A stretch of 64,000 bases of DNA, taken from the IMG/VR virus record IMGVR_UViG_3300014205_004150; one strand, 5' to 3'. Every line of letters begins with the position of its first letter. The stretch's first letter is position 1. The notes beneath the pieces are model-generated. The model saw only the letters and a list, made by a program, of their open reading frames with translations, was not told where the DNA came from and did no database searches. The translations under genes were made by a program, and so were the position numbers. This DNA is from an uncultured virus (IMG/VR IMGVR_UViG_3300014205_004150). Its lineage: Duplodnaviria; Heunggongvirae; Uroviricota; Caudoviricetes. Of this stretch, positions 19,045 through 29,057 are shown piece by piece.

Positions 19045-20432
19045 AACTTAAAACAAGCAATTCAAATTGGATTTTAATATTTGTAGCAATACTTACCGCA
19101 GTAGGTGGTTTTCTTCGGTTTTATAACATAAGTTACAACTCCATATGGGGAGACGAATTATACACCCTCATGTTTGCAGAAACATCTCTCATCAACATCT
19201 GGTCTTCTTTTGCCACAGACTGCCATCCACCGCTATTCTATTGGTTTGAACATATTATATTACAGTTTGGCACATCTGAATTACATTTGAGATTTATACC
19301 GGCTCTGGCAGGAACTCTTACAATACCTCTCGTGTTTATAGTATTCAGGCAAATAGTGAGTGATATATCATCGCTGATAATTACAACGTTTGTAGCACTA
19401 TCAAAATTCCACATCTATTACTCACAGGATGCACGAATGTATACCCTGTGGCTCTTTGTATTCATGATATCGCTTTACTATTACTTCAAAGCAACACATA
19501 AACCACATGATGCTATATCTTGGGCTATGTTTGGTATAACCTCTGGAATATGTATGTGGGTGCATTTCTATGCTGGTTTATTTTTTGTGTTGTTATTATC
19601 CCACGCCTGCTTTATTTTTAGAAAAAATATATACGATATATCAAAAAAACTTCAAATTTGTCTAATATCGTTTTTTGTGGTTATAATAACACTGATACCA
19701 GCGATGATACAAATATTCACAGACCGTACATCTATACCCCCATGGTTTGGATACACCGGGGTTTGGGTTGTCCATGGTGTAATATATGAATTTCTCGGCA
19801 ACTATTCCATGTTGATATACCTCCTATCAGCAACCTTTGTGTTGGGGTGTTTGATAATGTGGTTCAATAATAGAAAACAACTGGCATTTGTTGCATTCAT
19901 ATTAATTTTTTCATTTGTTGCAAGCATATACTACTCATATAAAATGCCAATGGTCGGAAGATATCTAATCCCAATACTACCGATATTTTATATTCCAATC
20001 GCAGCAACATTTGAAAAATTTTACGTAATTTTCGAAAAAATCCACAAAAATCTTGGCATCTTAATATTTATAATCATAATTATAATAAATGCCCCACTGC
20101 TCGGGTTATACCACACCACGCACTCGAAAGAAGACCTGCGCGGGCTTTCGGAATATGTTTCGGAAATAAGTAATGATGGAGATTATCTTGTGCTGTTGAC
20201 CGATGGCATGGTTTTTAGGTATTACTATAATAACACAACCGACAAAACAATTCTATACCCATCGTGCACACTCGACGATCTAATAAAATTGAACTACACG
20301 CGCGGCTCAACTCCAATGATTATCATGCCACCATACAACAAAACAGCACTACAACCAGAAATGGATTGGATTTACACAAACCACAAAAAAATATATACAT
20401 TTGGGAATGAAATATACATATACAAACTATGA
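19041..20432 (+). CDS. GT-C membrane glycosyltransferase, paralog of 14097-15518
   Basis: SIWGDE, DCHPPLFY, SQDARMY, GRY. Confidence 0.87.
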   Translation: MKLKTSNSNWILIFVAILTAVGGFLRFYNISYNSIWGDELYTLMFAETSLINIWSSFATDCHPPLFYWFEHIILQFGTSELHLRFIPALAGTLTIPLVFIVFRQIVSDISSLIITTFVALSKFHIYYSQDARMYTLWLFVFMISLYYYFKATHKPHDAISWAMFGITSGICMWVHFYAGLFFVLLLSHACFIFRKNIYDISKKLQICLISFFVVIITLIPAMIQIFTDRTSIPPWFGYTGVWVVHGVIYEFLGNYSMLIYLLSATFVLGCLIMWFNNRKQLAFVAFILIFSFVASIYYSYKMPMVGRYLIPILPIFYIPIAATFEKFYVIFEKIHKNLGILIFIIIIIINAPLLGLYHTTHSKEDLRGLSEYVSEISNDGDYLVLLTDGMVFRYYYNNTTDKTILYPSCTLDDLIKLNYTRGSTPMIIMPPYNKTALQPEMDWIYTNHKKIYTFGNEIYIYKL

Positions 20433-21013
20433 AAATGACAAAATACAAAACAATACTTGCAGACCCACCATGGAGTTTCGGGAACAAAAACACAGGTGGT
20501 TCGATGAAATCCGGCTCAGCAAACAAATATCAAACACTTTGTGTGCATGACATATGCAACATAGAAATAACAATCGGAGATACAAAATCAACCGTTAAAC
20601 AACTCGCAGATAAAAACGCAGTATTATTCTTATGGATTCCAACAGCACTATCCACACACGCTGAAGAAGTTATAAATGCGTGGGGATTTAAATTTAAAAC
20701 AAAATTGTATTGGTATAAACCATATTGTAAACCGAAAAAAAGAGGAAAACTCGGAATGGGGTTTTACTTCCGAAATCAGATAGAAGAGTGTTGGATTGCT
20801 ACGCGCGGTAAAATAAAGCCATTCAAGAGCAGTGACCAAAACGTAATAATAGAATACCCAAACAAACATTCACAGAAACCTGAAAAGTTTTTCGAATTGG
20901 TCGAACCGGTAATCACAAAACACGAACTCAACCCTAAAATCGAACTTTTTGCCAGAAATGCGCGCGCAGGGTGGGATGGGTGGGGGTTTGAATACCCACA
21001 CCAAAAACAATAA
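20429..21013 (+). CDS. MT-A70 family adenine methyltransferase
   Basis: ILADPPW, LFLW, WGF, HSQKPE, KIELFAR, GWDGWG. Confidence 0.9.
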   Translation: MKMTKYKTILADPPWSFGNKNTGGSMKSGSANKYQTLCVHDICNIEITIGDTKSTVKQLADKNAVLFLWIPTALSTHAEEVINAWGFKFKTKLYWYKPYCKPKKRGKLGMGFYFRNQIEECWIATRGKIKPFKSSDQNVIIEYPNKHSQKPEKFFELVEPVITKHELNPKIELFARNARAGWDGWGFEYPHQKQ

Positions 21014-21054
21014 CTACATTTTTATATAATAAACTATATAATTATAATATATAG

Positions 21055-21642
21055 GTGATAAACATAAATACAAAAAAAACAAAACTCGAAATATTATGCA
21101 CAAAACTCGATATAAAAGCCAAACACATGTGCGCAAAAATGGGGTGCAGAGTAGTACCGCGCGTATCAATGAGTGATAAAATAAACAAAAACGCAGCACA
21201 AATATATCCAAACGGAGAATTCATAATTAATAAAAACTACCTTAAGTTAAACCAAAACAACAAAATTCTTTTACACAACCTCATCGCACACGAATGCGCA
21301 CACCTTGCCGACCCAGACCCGCGCGGGCACCAGCACGACGAGTCTTTCATGTCAGTTTACCGAAAATTCGGTATAGGAATACAAAACGACCCCCTATATC
21401 TCGGCAAAGGAGAACTATTAACAACACCCGGATATGCATTCCTTTGTCCAAACTGTGGTAAAATTATATTCATATCTGGCAAACCAAGAAATAAAAGGTG
21501 GTGTTCAATCGATAAAACCCCTATGCAACTTATAAACGTTACTGAAAACAATTACCTTAAACGAAATTGGCGACGAATAAATAACCATGGGAACATAGCA
21601 TCACAAACCGATATAAAAAACATACTTCAATTTAAAAAATAA
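21055..21642 (+). CDS. SprT-like zinc metalloprotease
   Basis: IAHECAH...HDESF followed by CPNC. Confidence 0.75.
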   Translation: MININTKKTKLEILCTKLDIKAKHMCAKMGCRVVPRVSMSDKINKNAAQIYPNGEFIINKNYLKLNQNNKILLHNLIAHECAHLADPDPRGHQHDESFMSVYRKFGIGIQNDPLYLGKGELLTTPGYAFLCPNCGKIIFISGKPRNKRWCSIDKTPMQLINVTENNYLKRNWRRINNHGNIASQTDIKNILQFKK

Positions 21643-21756
21643 TATAAAACGATTTGTCATTTTAAAAAACAAATTATTTTTATTTGATAAATATTATTCA
21701 CAATACTTTTATATATTATGAAGAATAAATATATGTATAAGAGAGAGGTTGCACAA

Positions 21757-21906
21757 ATGGTAAAACTCAAAACAGTAAAAATAAGCACAGGTGTTGATAA
21801 ACACGTTATGGGAAACATCTCACGGTTTATAACACATTCGGGTAAAGCATTGAAAACAGGTTTGGCGGTATCTAGCGGTCGAACCAAGAAATCAAGAAAA
21901 CGTTGA
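21757..21906 (+). CDS. Small basic protein (49 aa)
   Basis: GAGGT RBS; MVKLKTVK...GRTKKSRKR. Confidence 0.6.
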   Translation: MVKLKTVKISTGVDKHVMGNISRFITHSGKALKTGLAVSSGRTKKSRKR

Positions 21907-21957
21907 AAACTTAACACACCAACCAATTTATATTTTTAAAACTCTTATTATACCCAC

Positions 21958-22479
21958 ATGAAAATAGCTATATGTGGGACACACTGCGCAGGTAAAAGCA
22001 CGCTCGTAGATTATTTATGTGAAACGACAAATTCCCAAAAAATAAAAGAAATTGCAGGGAATTACACGGAAAAACAGCGTTCAAAATTACCGACACAACT
22101 AAAAATACTTCTCGACCAGATGAACGCTGAGAGAGAACACCAATCATTCGTAAGCGACCGGTCTGTAATCGATAATCTGGCATATATAAAATTCCACGCG
22201 GAAAAAAATGAATCCCCACAAACATACCAAAAAGCACTGAAATTTGTCGAAACGTATATAGAAACCGAAAAACCATACGACATATTGTTTTTTGTAGACG
22301 AATATTTTGAACTTGAAGACAACGGAATTCGGAATCTAGACAAAGACCAGCAAGAATATGTTTACAATTTTTTAAAAACATTCGCACAACAATTTTGCAA
22401 AGAACATAACATAAAACTTGTTACTATATGTGGAAAAAACGAAAAAAGAATAGAAGAGATTAAAAAATGGATATCGTGA
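21958..22479 (+). CDS. P-loop NTPase, AAA_28/nucleotide-kinase-like
   Basis: GTHCAGKST, SDRSVIDNLAY, EDNGIR. Confidence 0.8.
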   Translation: MKIAICGTHCAGKSTLVDYLCETTNSQKIKEIAGNYTEKQRSKLPTQLKILLDQMNAEREHQSFVSDRSVIDNLAYIKFHAEKNESPQTYQKALKFVETYIETEKPYDILFFVDEYFELEDNGIRNLDKDQQEYVYNFLKTFAQQFCKEHNIKLVTICGKNEKRIEEIKKWIS

Positions 22480-22658
22480 ACACAACAATCCCAACAACGA
22501 TTGCAACCCCCACGCCTTCCCCAACACCAACCTTAATAGATATGTACCAAGGTGGGGTTGCGCCCCCAGAACTTGGGGCATTTTTATTTTTTGTTGTGTT
22601 GTGTGGCGTGATTGCAATATGGGTTATGTGGCTTATAAACGAGGGCGGAGAAATGTGA
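22467..22658 (+). CDS. Small single-pass membrane protein with Thr/Pro-rich N-terminus
   Basis: NTT sequon, TPTPSPTPT, TM helix. Confidence 0.65.
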   Translation: MDIVNTTIPTTIATPTPSPTPTLIDMYQGGVAPPELGAFLFFVVLCGVIAIWVMWLINEGGEM

Positions 22659-22659
22659 G

Positions 22660-22935
22660 ATGGTAAAACAAACCAAACCTCCGACAAAAAGACCTAAAAA
22701 TACTACAAAAACAAAAAAGGATGCTTCCTCAACAACATATTGGAGAGTTACTATGGTTGTTGGGTTCAAAACATATGGAGAGGGTAAAACACAAGAAGAT
22801 GCAATAAAAACGATTTACGACAAAATAAAAGAAAATACAATAATCGACGAATACATGTATAAAACACAATTAATCAAAGGCAAAGCAGAAAAACCAATGA
22901 ATTTTGAAGAACTTGTAAATGATAATGAGTGGTAA
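22660..22935 (+). CDS. Hypothetical protein with basic N-terminal tail
   Basis: MVKQTKPPTKRPKNTTKTKK. Confidence 0.7.
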   Translation: MVKQTKPPTKRPKNTTKTKKDASSTTYWRVTMVVGFKTYGEGKTQEDAIKTIYDKIKENTIIDEYMYKTQLIKGKAEKPMNFEELVNDNEW

Positions 22936-22984
22936 CGACGAAACCAATCAAAAGGTTTTTAAACTTTTATAACAATTTATATAT

Positions 22985-23131
22985 ATGAGACAAAGAAGTT
23001 TGACAGGATCGACAAGTGCAATGGGTTCAAAAACCGGAGGGTTTTTATCAGCTATGAGCAGTGGCGTAGTAACCGTGGTTTCGGGTGTTGGCTCTGCTTT
23101 CGGCTCAGCTTTTTCAAAAAAGCGCAGATAA
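22985..23131 (+). CDS. 48-aa Gly/Ser-rich amphipathic peptide ending KKRR
   Basis: MRQRSLTGSTSAMGSKTGGFLSAMSSGVVTVVSGVGSAFGSAFSKKRR*; TATA-like box upstream; not in ORF track. Confidence 0.6.
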   Translation: MRQRSLTGSTSAMGSKTGGFLSAMSSGVVTVVSGVGSAFGSAFSKKRR

Positions 23132-23154
23132 AACACAACAACAACAGGGGAAGA

Positions 23155-23601
23155 TTATAAAATCTTCCCGCGCGCGAGTAAAATAATTCTCTCCCCGCGC
23201 CTGTTGTAGTGTTTCTTAACCGTAGCCTTGATGTTGTACATTTTCCCAACTTCAAGACCGGGTTTCGCACGGTACGTCAACCACTGGTAACTGTTTCCCT
23301 GCTTGTCGCGGAAATCGTACATATACGCTGTGGTTGTTGGTTGTCTGATAACCCGACCGCGCAGGAACATAAGTGAGAACACACTCCTGACACCAATTTC
23401 CAACTGCTCTTTCAGGTGAACACCAATGTCGGGTTCTGTTCCTTCGCTTGTCGCGTCAAGCCCAACCGCGTTCTCATTCTCAACCGGAACCAATTCTATC
23501 CTCAGCATAAACGCCGATGTAGAATCAAGTTTTCTGACATTAACTGGAATTTGGAGAATGTTTCCCGATTCTCCACGCTCCAGTGTTGCCCCCATAGGCA
23601 T
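23155..23601 (-). CDS. Hypothetical protein, possible C-terminal OB fold
   Basis: YDFRDKQGNSYQW...GKMYNIKATVKKH. Confidence 0.55.
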   Translation of the reverse strand: MPMGATLERGESGNILQIPVNVRKLDSTSAFMLRIELVPVENENAVGLDATSEGTEPDIGVHLKEQLEIGVRSVFSLMFLRGRVIRQPTTTAYMYDFRDKQGNSYQWLTYRAKPGLEVGKMYNIKATVKKHYNRRGERIILLARGKIL

Positions 23602-23775
23602 TTTCTAAACCCCCTTTCTGCTGCACGCCGCGAAGCTATGCATTAATCACTATATATGCATGTATATTATATAAAACTATGTATACAAGAAAACTGTTAT
23701 ATTTTATTGGCACAATTTTCAGTCTGGAGATACCAAAATGATTATATTTTAGAAAAGACATAATATATTAATATT

Positions 23776-26337
23776 ATGGAAAATTTAGTGTTGGAAAAAT
23801 ATAAAATTCATATAACGGTTGCTCTTATAGCCGTTTTCTCGATAATAGCATTATATTTGAGACTAATACCGATGATAATTGGTAGTTCTGGAGATATTTT
23901 GGATTTTGTTGCAATGGACGACCCCATGTATCAACTTCGCCAAGCAGAAAATTTGGTTGCAAATTTCCCAAAATATTCGTGGTTTGACCCGATGACATAC
24001 ATACCATACGGTTCCCTGCCGCACTGGGGGGTTATGTTCACATATATAATTGCAACCATAGCAATAGTGACTGGCGCTACATCAAGAGATGATATAATTC
24101 GTATCGCACTACTCGTATCACCGATACTATCTGCATTACTTGTTCCGGTAGTATATATACTTGTGAAAAAAATATCCGACAGGATTACAGGAATATTCGC
24201 GGCTCTGTTTATGGCATTTGTTGGCGGGCAGTACTTTGCGCGCGGGGTATATGGATATGCTGACCACCATGTTGCCGAAGTATTCTTTGGGGCTATATTT
24301 ATACTCATGTATATAATAACTCTTCAAAAGACCCGCGAATTAAAAATAGAATCCATTTTTAAAAATATACGAGAATTCAGGATTCCAATTTTGTTTGGAA
24401 TTTTGACCGGGGTTTCATACACTATAATGTTCCTAAACATGCCCACAGCAGTTTTGTTTGCATTCATCGTGATTCTATTTACCATAATTCAAAGTATAAT
24501 TGACTTCTTATCCAACAAAAAAACAGATTATATTGTCATTACAAATACTCTAACTTTTTCAACCGCCACAGTATTATTTTATATATTGGGGTTAAGAATT
24601 GTAGAAACCTTTAGATTGGCACACTATTCAGACGCGCATGTAATAATATATATCAGTATAATACTCATATCTGCGGCAGTTTATTTAATATTTAAAGATT
24701 ATAGAACAATAATCAAAAAATCGAAAGATTATATCAAGTATGCCCCATTTGTAATCGGTGTAATCGCTGCAGCAACCTATATCATGAAAACATATATCTC
24801 GTATATGATAGGTAGTTTTTTTGAATTTTTCGGTAAAAGTAGTGTTGCGGCAACGGTTCAAGAAGCGCGCGGGTGGATTCTAACCGATGCGTGGAATGCG
24901 TATAATTTTTCTTTAATTTTGTTTGGAATCGGATTTGGGATTCTTGCATATATGATATGTAAAAATAGAAAAGCGGAACACATGCTCATTTTAATATGGT
25001 CGATAATCATATTAATCGCAACAACACAGCATATAAGGTATGAATATTATTTGTCTGTCAACATAGCAATTATATCCGCAATTGCAGTTGGGTATATATT
25101 TAATGGAACCATACGCGACACAATAAAATCAATAAAAACATTTGAAAACAAGTTGTCAACCGCAGAACCATCAACGAAAAAGGAAAATGCGATACCTCCA
25201 AGAAAGATTAAAAAACAACCAAACGCACGCAGTGCGAAACAAGAAACTATATTACCAAGTTATATAAAACCACTGTTGTTGACAACATTTTTAATAATAT
25301 CTGCACTATTTATAGTAACATCGTTCGAATATGAATATAAGAGCGCGCATGTACCACGGCAGATAACTCCAGACTGGAAAACAACTCTCGTGTGGTTTGG
25401 AGAAAACACTCCGGAAACAGGAATAGACTATTATGGGTATTATGACCAAAAAACATTCGAATACCCACAAACGGCATATGGTGTTATGTCGTGGTGGGAT
25501 TACGGTCATATGATAACATATATCTCAAACAGGATACCAAATTCAAATCCTTTTCAGCAGGGTGTAGCGGGAGAGTATAGCGCATCAGCATATTTCATGG
25601 CAGAATCCGAAGATACCGCAAACAAAATATTAGATACCCTGAACACGAAATATGTTATAACAGATATTGAAATGGTATTGCCGAAATTTTGGGCAATGGC
25701 AACATGGCACAACCCGCAACTTGGCATGGGACCATATATAACCACAGTAATCATGCCACGGCAATCCATGCTGCAACGAGAACCACAAAGCGGTGTAGCA
25801 TATACGGAGAAATACTATAAGACCATGGTATCTCGATTACACTTATACGATGGGACTGCCTATAGAAATGACAATGCAATTTATATAGAATATACCACCG
25901 GGTCTTCCCCATTGCAAGTAACATATCTAAACAGAACCACATATGAAGACGCACAAACCAAAATACACGACATGCCCCAAGTAAAGGGAACATCGAAAAA
26001 TATCATATCTCCAGACCCACTCTTCCCCATCGGAGAAGTAAACGCGTTGAAACACTACCGGCTGATATACGAGTCTCCAACAACAACACTATCATCAAAC
26101 TACACGACCGTAAAATATGTTAAAGTATTTGAATATGTACCCGGTGCAACGGTGTTCGCAGATGGTTACATAGAAACAAATGTCATCACAAATACTGGTA
26201 GGACATTCCGATATATCCAGATGAGTGAAAATGGAACCTTCGTGTTACCATATGTCGGTGAATACACGTTAAACAACGCGTTTAAAATTTATGTGTCCGA
26301 ATCAGATGTACAGAATGGAGAACAACTAAAAATATAA
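23776..26337 (+). CDS. aglB: Archaeal oligosaccharyltransferase AglB (STT3 family)
   Basis: MDDP, ADHH, TVQE (TIXE-like), RYEYY, SWWDYGH, NPFQ, DIEM; multi-TM N-terminal half. Confidence 0.95.
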   Translation: MENLVLEKYKIHITVALIAVFSIIALYLRLIPMIIGSSGDILDFVAMDDPMYQLRQAENLVANFPKYSWFDPMTYIPYGSLPHWGVMFTYIIATIAIVTGATSRDDIIRIALLVSPILSALLVPVVYILVKKISDRITGIFAALFMAFVGGQYFARGVYGYADHHVAEVFFGAIFILMYIITLQKTRELKIESIFKNIREFRIPILFGILTGVSYTIMFLNMPTAVLFAFIVILFTIIQSIIDFLSNKKTDYIVITNTLTFSTATVLFYILGLRIVETFRLAHYSDAHVIIYISIILISAAVYLIFKDYRTIIKKSKDYIKYAPFVIGVIAAATYIMKTYISYMIGSFFEFFGKSSVAATVQEARGWILTDAWNAYNFSLILFGIGFGILAYMICKNRKAEHMLILIWSIIILIATTQHIRYEYYLSVNIAIISAIAVGYIFNGTIRDTIKSIKTFENKLSTAEPSTKKENAIPPRKIKKQPNARSAKQETILPSYIKPLLLTTFLIISALFIVTSFEYEYKSAHVPRQITPDWKTTLVWFGENTPETGIDYYGYYDQKTFEYPQTAYGVMSWWDYGHMITYISNRIPNSNPFQQGVAGEYSASAYFMAESEDTANKILDTLNTKYVITDIEMVLPKFWAMATWHNPQLGMGPYITTVIMPRQSMLQREPQSGVAYTEKYYKTMVSRLHLYDGTAYRNDNAIYIEYTTGSSPLQVTYLNRTTYEDAQTKIHDMPQVKGTSKNIISPDPLFPIGEVNALKHYRLIYESPTTTLSSNYTTVKYVKVFEYVPGATVFADGYIETNVITNTGRTFRYIQMSENGTFVLPYVGEYTLNNAFKIYVSESDVQNGEQLKI

Positions 26338-26400
26338 TATTTTATTTTAAAAAGAAAAACAAATGGTCAAATTTCTATACCATTTAAAACCAAAAAGACA

Positions 26401-26448
26401 CTATCTGCGCTTTTTCTTTGCGGTTTTCTTAGTCTTTTTCTTTACCAA
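26401..26448 (-). CDS. 15-aa basic micro-peptide MVKKKTKKTAKKKRR
   Basis: TATA box, GGGTGA RBS, TTG start 5 nt later, TAG at 26401-26403. Confidence 0.5.
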   Translation of the reverse strand: MVKKKTKKTAKKKRR

Positions 26449-26497
26449 CACATTCACCCAAATATATTATATAAATTATAATATATAAATGTTTATA

Positions 26498-27631
26498 TCA
26501 ACTAAAAACTCCACAACATCGGGTGCATGCCGGAAAAGAACCGTTTTTGGTTTCAGAAATAGATTTGCGAAACGATTCAATCTCCTTTCCAAACCATATA
26601 TCGGAAAACGCACGATTTGTAATATTTCCGAAAGTCATGTTAAAACACCTTGTTGAAACTCCAACGTCACCATTGCTAAAAATTTGAGCTGCGCGCCATG
26701 GGATAGTGCATTCTCTGTACCGCGCGACATACTCCGTGGGGTTAAAATAAAATTTCTTAAGTTCGACCCCGGAAAACATTGGTGGAGAAAAGAAAACATT
26801 TTTATACTTTGTCCGAACAGTTTCAATTTCTTTCCACAGATAATCAATGTCTATATTTTCAAAAACCGCCGTAGATACACATGTTTCAGTTGCAGGATAC
26901 TCCGCATAACGTTTGTTATGGAGTCTCGCCATGTCAGATGTTATAAAGTTCATGTGGGAAAATGTAACACCAGCATATGGTATTCCGGAGATAGATTCCA
27001 TGAAATTTACAAGATCGAAATAATTTTTATCACTTATAGTATAATTTATAAATATTTTTGGATACCCGGATTTTTTAAAATCTTCGGAGTTTTTTATTAA
27101 ATTTAATCCGTCCATAAGATTATCCCAAGACCGAAGATTGCCGCGTATATCGTTATGAACATCACGTGTCCCATCAACCGATACATAAAGGTCTCTCACA
27201 CACGTTGTTAAAATTTCTTTGTAATACTTCGGCAATAAAAACCCATTTGTTGTCAACTGAACTGGAAACCCATTATTAGTACAATGCCACACAACAGCAA
27301 AAAGATTATCATACAACAGAGGTTCGGCAGACGTTATAGCAATTGTCGGTCTCGCAACATCTTTATAATCCACCATCAAACCATCTATAAACCCAATCCA
27401 ATCAGGAACCGACAATTCCTGTGGTTTAACCATATTCTGATAAAATTGGCTATCAACTTTCTGTCCAACATCACACATTTTACATTTAAGATTGCATCTG
27501 CTATTTATAGCAATATAAATGTATTCCGGAAGAACAAGTTTTCTCGGTGCCCTGCGGGTCAAAGTTCTCCCGTTTACAGTGTCATATACTACCCTACGCA
27601 ATCGATTTATATATCTCTGCAAGTTTACCAC
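26498..27631 (-). CDS. Radical SAM/SPASM-twitch protein
   Basis: CNLKCKMC, EPLL, TTNG, SVDG..HNDIRG, C-terminal C..PW and CTRCC. Confidence 0.9.
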   Translation of the reverse strand: MVNLQRYINRLRRVVYDTVNGRTLTRRAPRKLVLPEYIYIAINSRCNLKCKMCDVGQKVDSQFYQNMVKPQELSVPDWIGFIDGLMVDYKDVARPTIAITSAEPLLYDNLFAVVWHCTNNGFPVQLTTNGFLLPKYYKEILTTCVRDLYVSVDGTRDVHNDIRGNLRSWDNLMDGLNLIKNSEDFKKSGYPKIFINYTISDKNYFDLVNFMESISGIPYAGVTFSHMNFITSDMARLHNKRYAEYPATETCVSTAVFENIDIDYLWKEIETVRTKYKNVFFSPPMFSGVELKKFYFNPTEYVARYRECTIPWRAAQIFSNGDVGVSTRCFNMTFGNITNRAFSDIWFGKEIESFRKSISETKNGSFPACTRCCGVFS

Positions 27632-28928
27632 CCTCTATATCCCAATTGTATTTGTTTTTTGCAAAATACAAAGCATTCTGTTTCTTTTTGTCCAAACCCG
27701 GTATGTCACGCACAACACTGTTAATTGCAAAAGCAATATCTTTCGGATCGTATGGGTCAAATGAAACCCCAACCCCATTCATTGAAACAAAACGACACTG
27801 CTCTGGTATATTTGACGTTAAAACCGCAAGACCACCCATCATATATTCAAAAGTCTTGTTTGGGGAGGCATAATACTGGTTCAAATTTGTCGGAATATAT
27901 GGGACAATTCCAATGTCATAGCAATCTATAGATTTAACAAGGTCTACCATATCAACCACTGGCAAAAAGGTAACCCGACCCGACAACCCCTCGGATTCTA
28001 CAATATTTTTCAAAGACTTTATAAATTCCCCTTCCGTGCCTTTTACAACATACCCGTCATATCCACGCAAATACAATTTGCAATTATCATCAGTATACTT
28101 CATGGCTAATATGGAATTTTCTAAACCGCGTTCTTTAATAAACACCCCATGATACAAAATTCTAAAATCATCATAACCCACCTTTGTATTCCTAGAAACT
28201 TCGTATTCAGGGCAATTTAATATAACCCTCGGGCGTGGTATGTTGTATCTACACACAAGTTCATCTGCTATAGACTCGTTTACAGTTACAACAACATCCG
28301 CGTACCGAATCAAAAAACCCTCATAAACACGCAGCAACGATATTGCAATTTTTGGATAGAAATCTACAGAATCTATCCACAATTCGTGCGTATCATACAC
28401 CAACTTCCCGCCGTTGCGCATTTTTAACATGCAACCGGCAAGCAGTGTTGGCAAATCGGTAGAGTGATAAATATCATATTTTTTGCTTTTTGCTGATGCA
28501 TAAAGTTCTATATTCGCAAAAAAATATGTTATCAACCCACTTAAAAAAAGAGAATACCAAGACCGAATTTTGTTCCCTTTTTGGGAACTTTCTCCAATTT
28601 GACTATCTGCACCGACATTGTTTTTGCGGTTAAAAATATTTAAAACAGCCATAGAGCATATATAGATATATTCTGGTATATTATACAACGCAATATAGAA
28701 CATGCGAACAAGTTTGTGCGTAAGAGTGGTTCCAGTTTTCGACATTGAAATCAAACGATTTACATTAACACCTTCATATACCTCATTGTGCGGATGGTCG
28801 CCAATATTATATTGATAACAAAAAACATCTACATCAAACCCGTGTTTCTTTGCGGTGACAGATTCTTTTAAAACTCTCGGGTCGTTAAAAAATTCGCTTG
28901 ATGCAACAATTGCTATAGATTTATCCAT
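27594..28928 (-). CDS. GT4 glycosyltransferase
   Basis: DPRVLKE, YDTHE, RGLE, SPNKTFEYM. Confidence 0.9.
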   Translation of the reverse strand: MDKSIAIVASSEFFNDPRVLKESVTAKKHGFDVDVFCYQYNIGDHPHNEVYEGVNVNRLISMSKTGTTLTHKLVRMFYIALYNIPEYIYICSMAVLNIFNRKNNVGADSQIGESSQKGNKIRSWYSLFLSGLITYFFANIELYASAKSKKYDIYHSTDLPTLLAGCMLKMRNGGKLVYDTHELWIDSVDFYPKIAISLLRVYEGFLIRYADVVVTVNESIADELVCRYNIPRPRVILNCPEYEVSRNTKVGYDDFRILYHGVFIKERGLENSILAMKYTDDNCKLYLRGYDGYVVKGTEGEFIKSLKNIVESEGLSGRVTFLPVVDMVDLVKSIDCYDIGIVPYIPTNLNQYYASPNKTFEYMMGGLAVLTSNIPEQCRFVSMNGVGVSFDPYDPKDIAFAINSVVRDIPGLDKKKQNALYFAKNKYNWDIEGGKLAEIYKSIA

Positions 28929-29057
28929 GCATATTACCACCAGTTTTATCATATAATTTTGTTCGTTCAAAGTTAAATACTTTGTTGTATAATTCAACCC
29001 GATTACTTTTTAAACAAAAACCGCAAAATATATAAACATTAAAAAACCGGGATTGCG

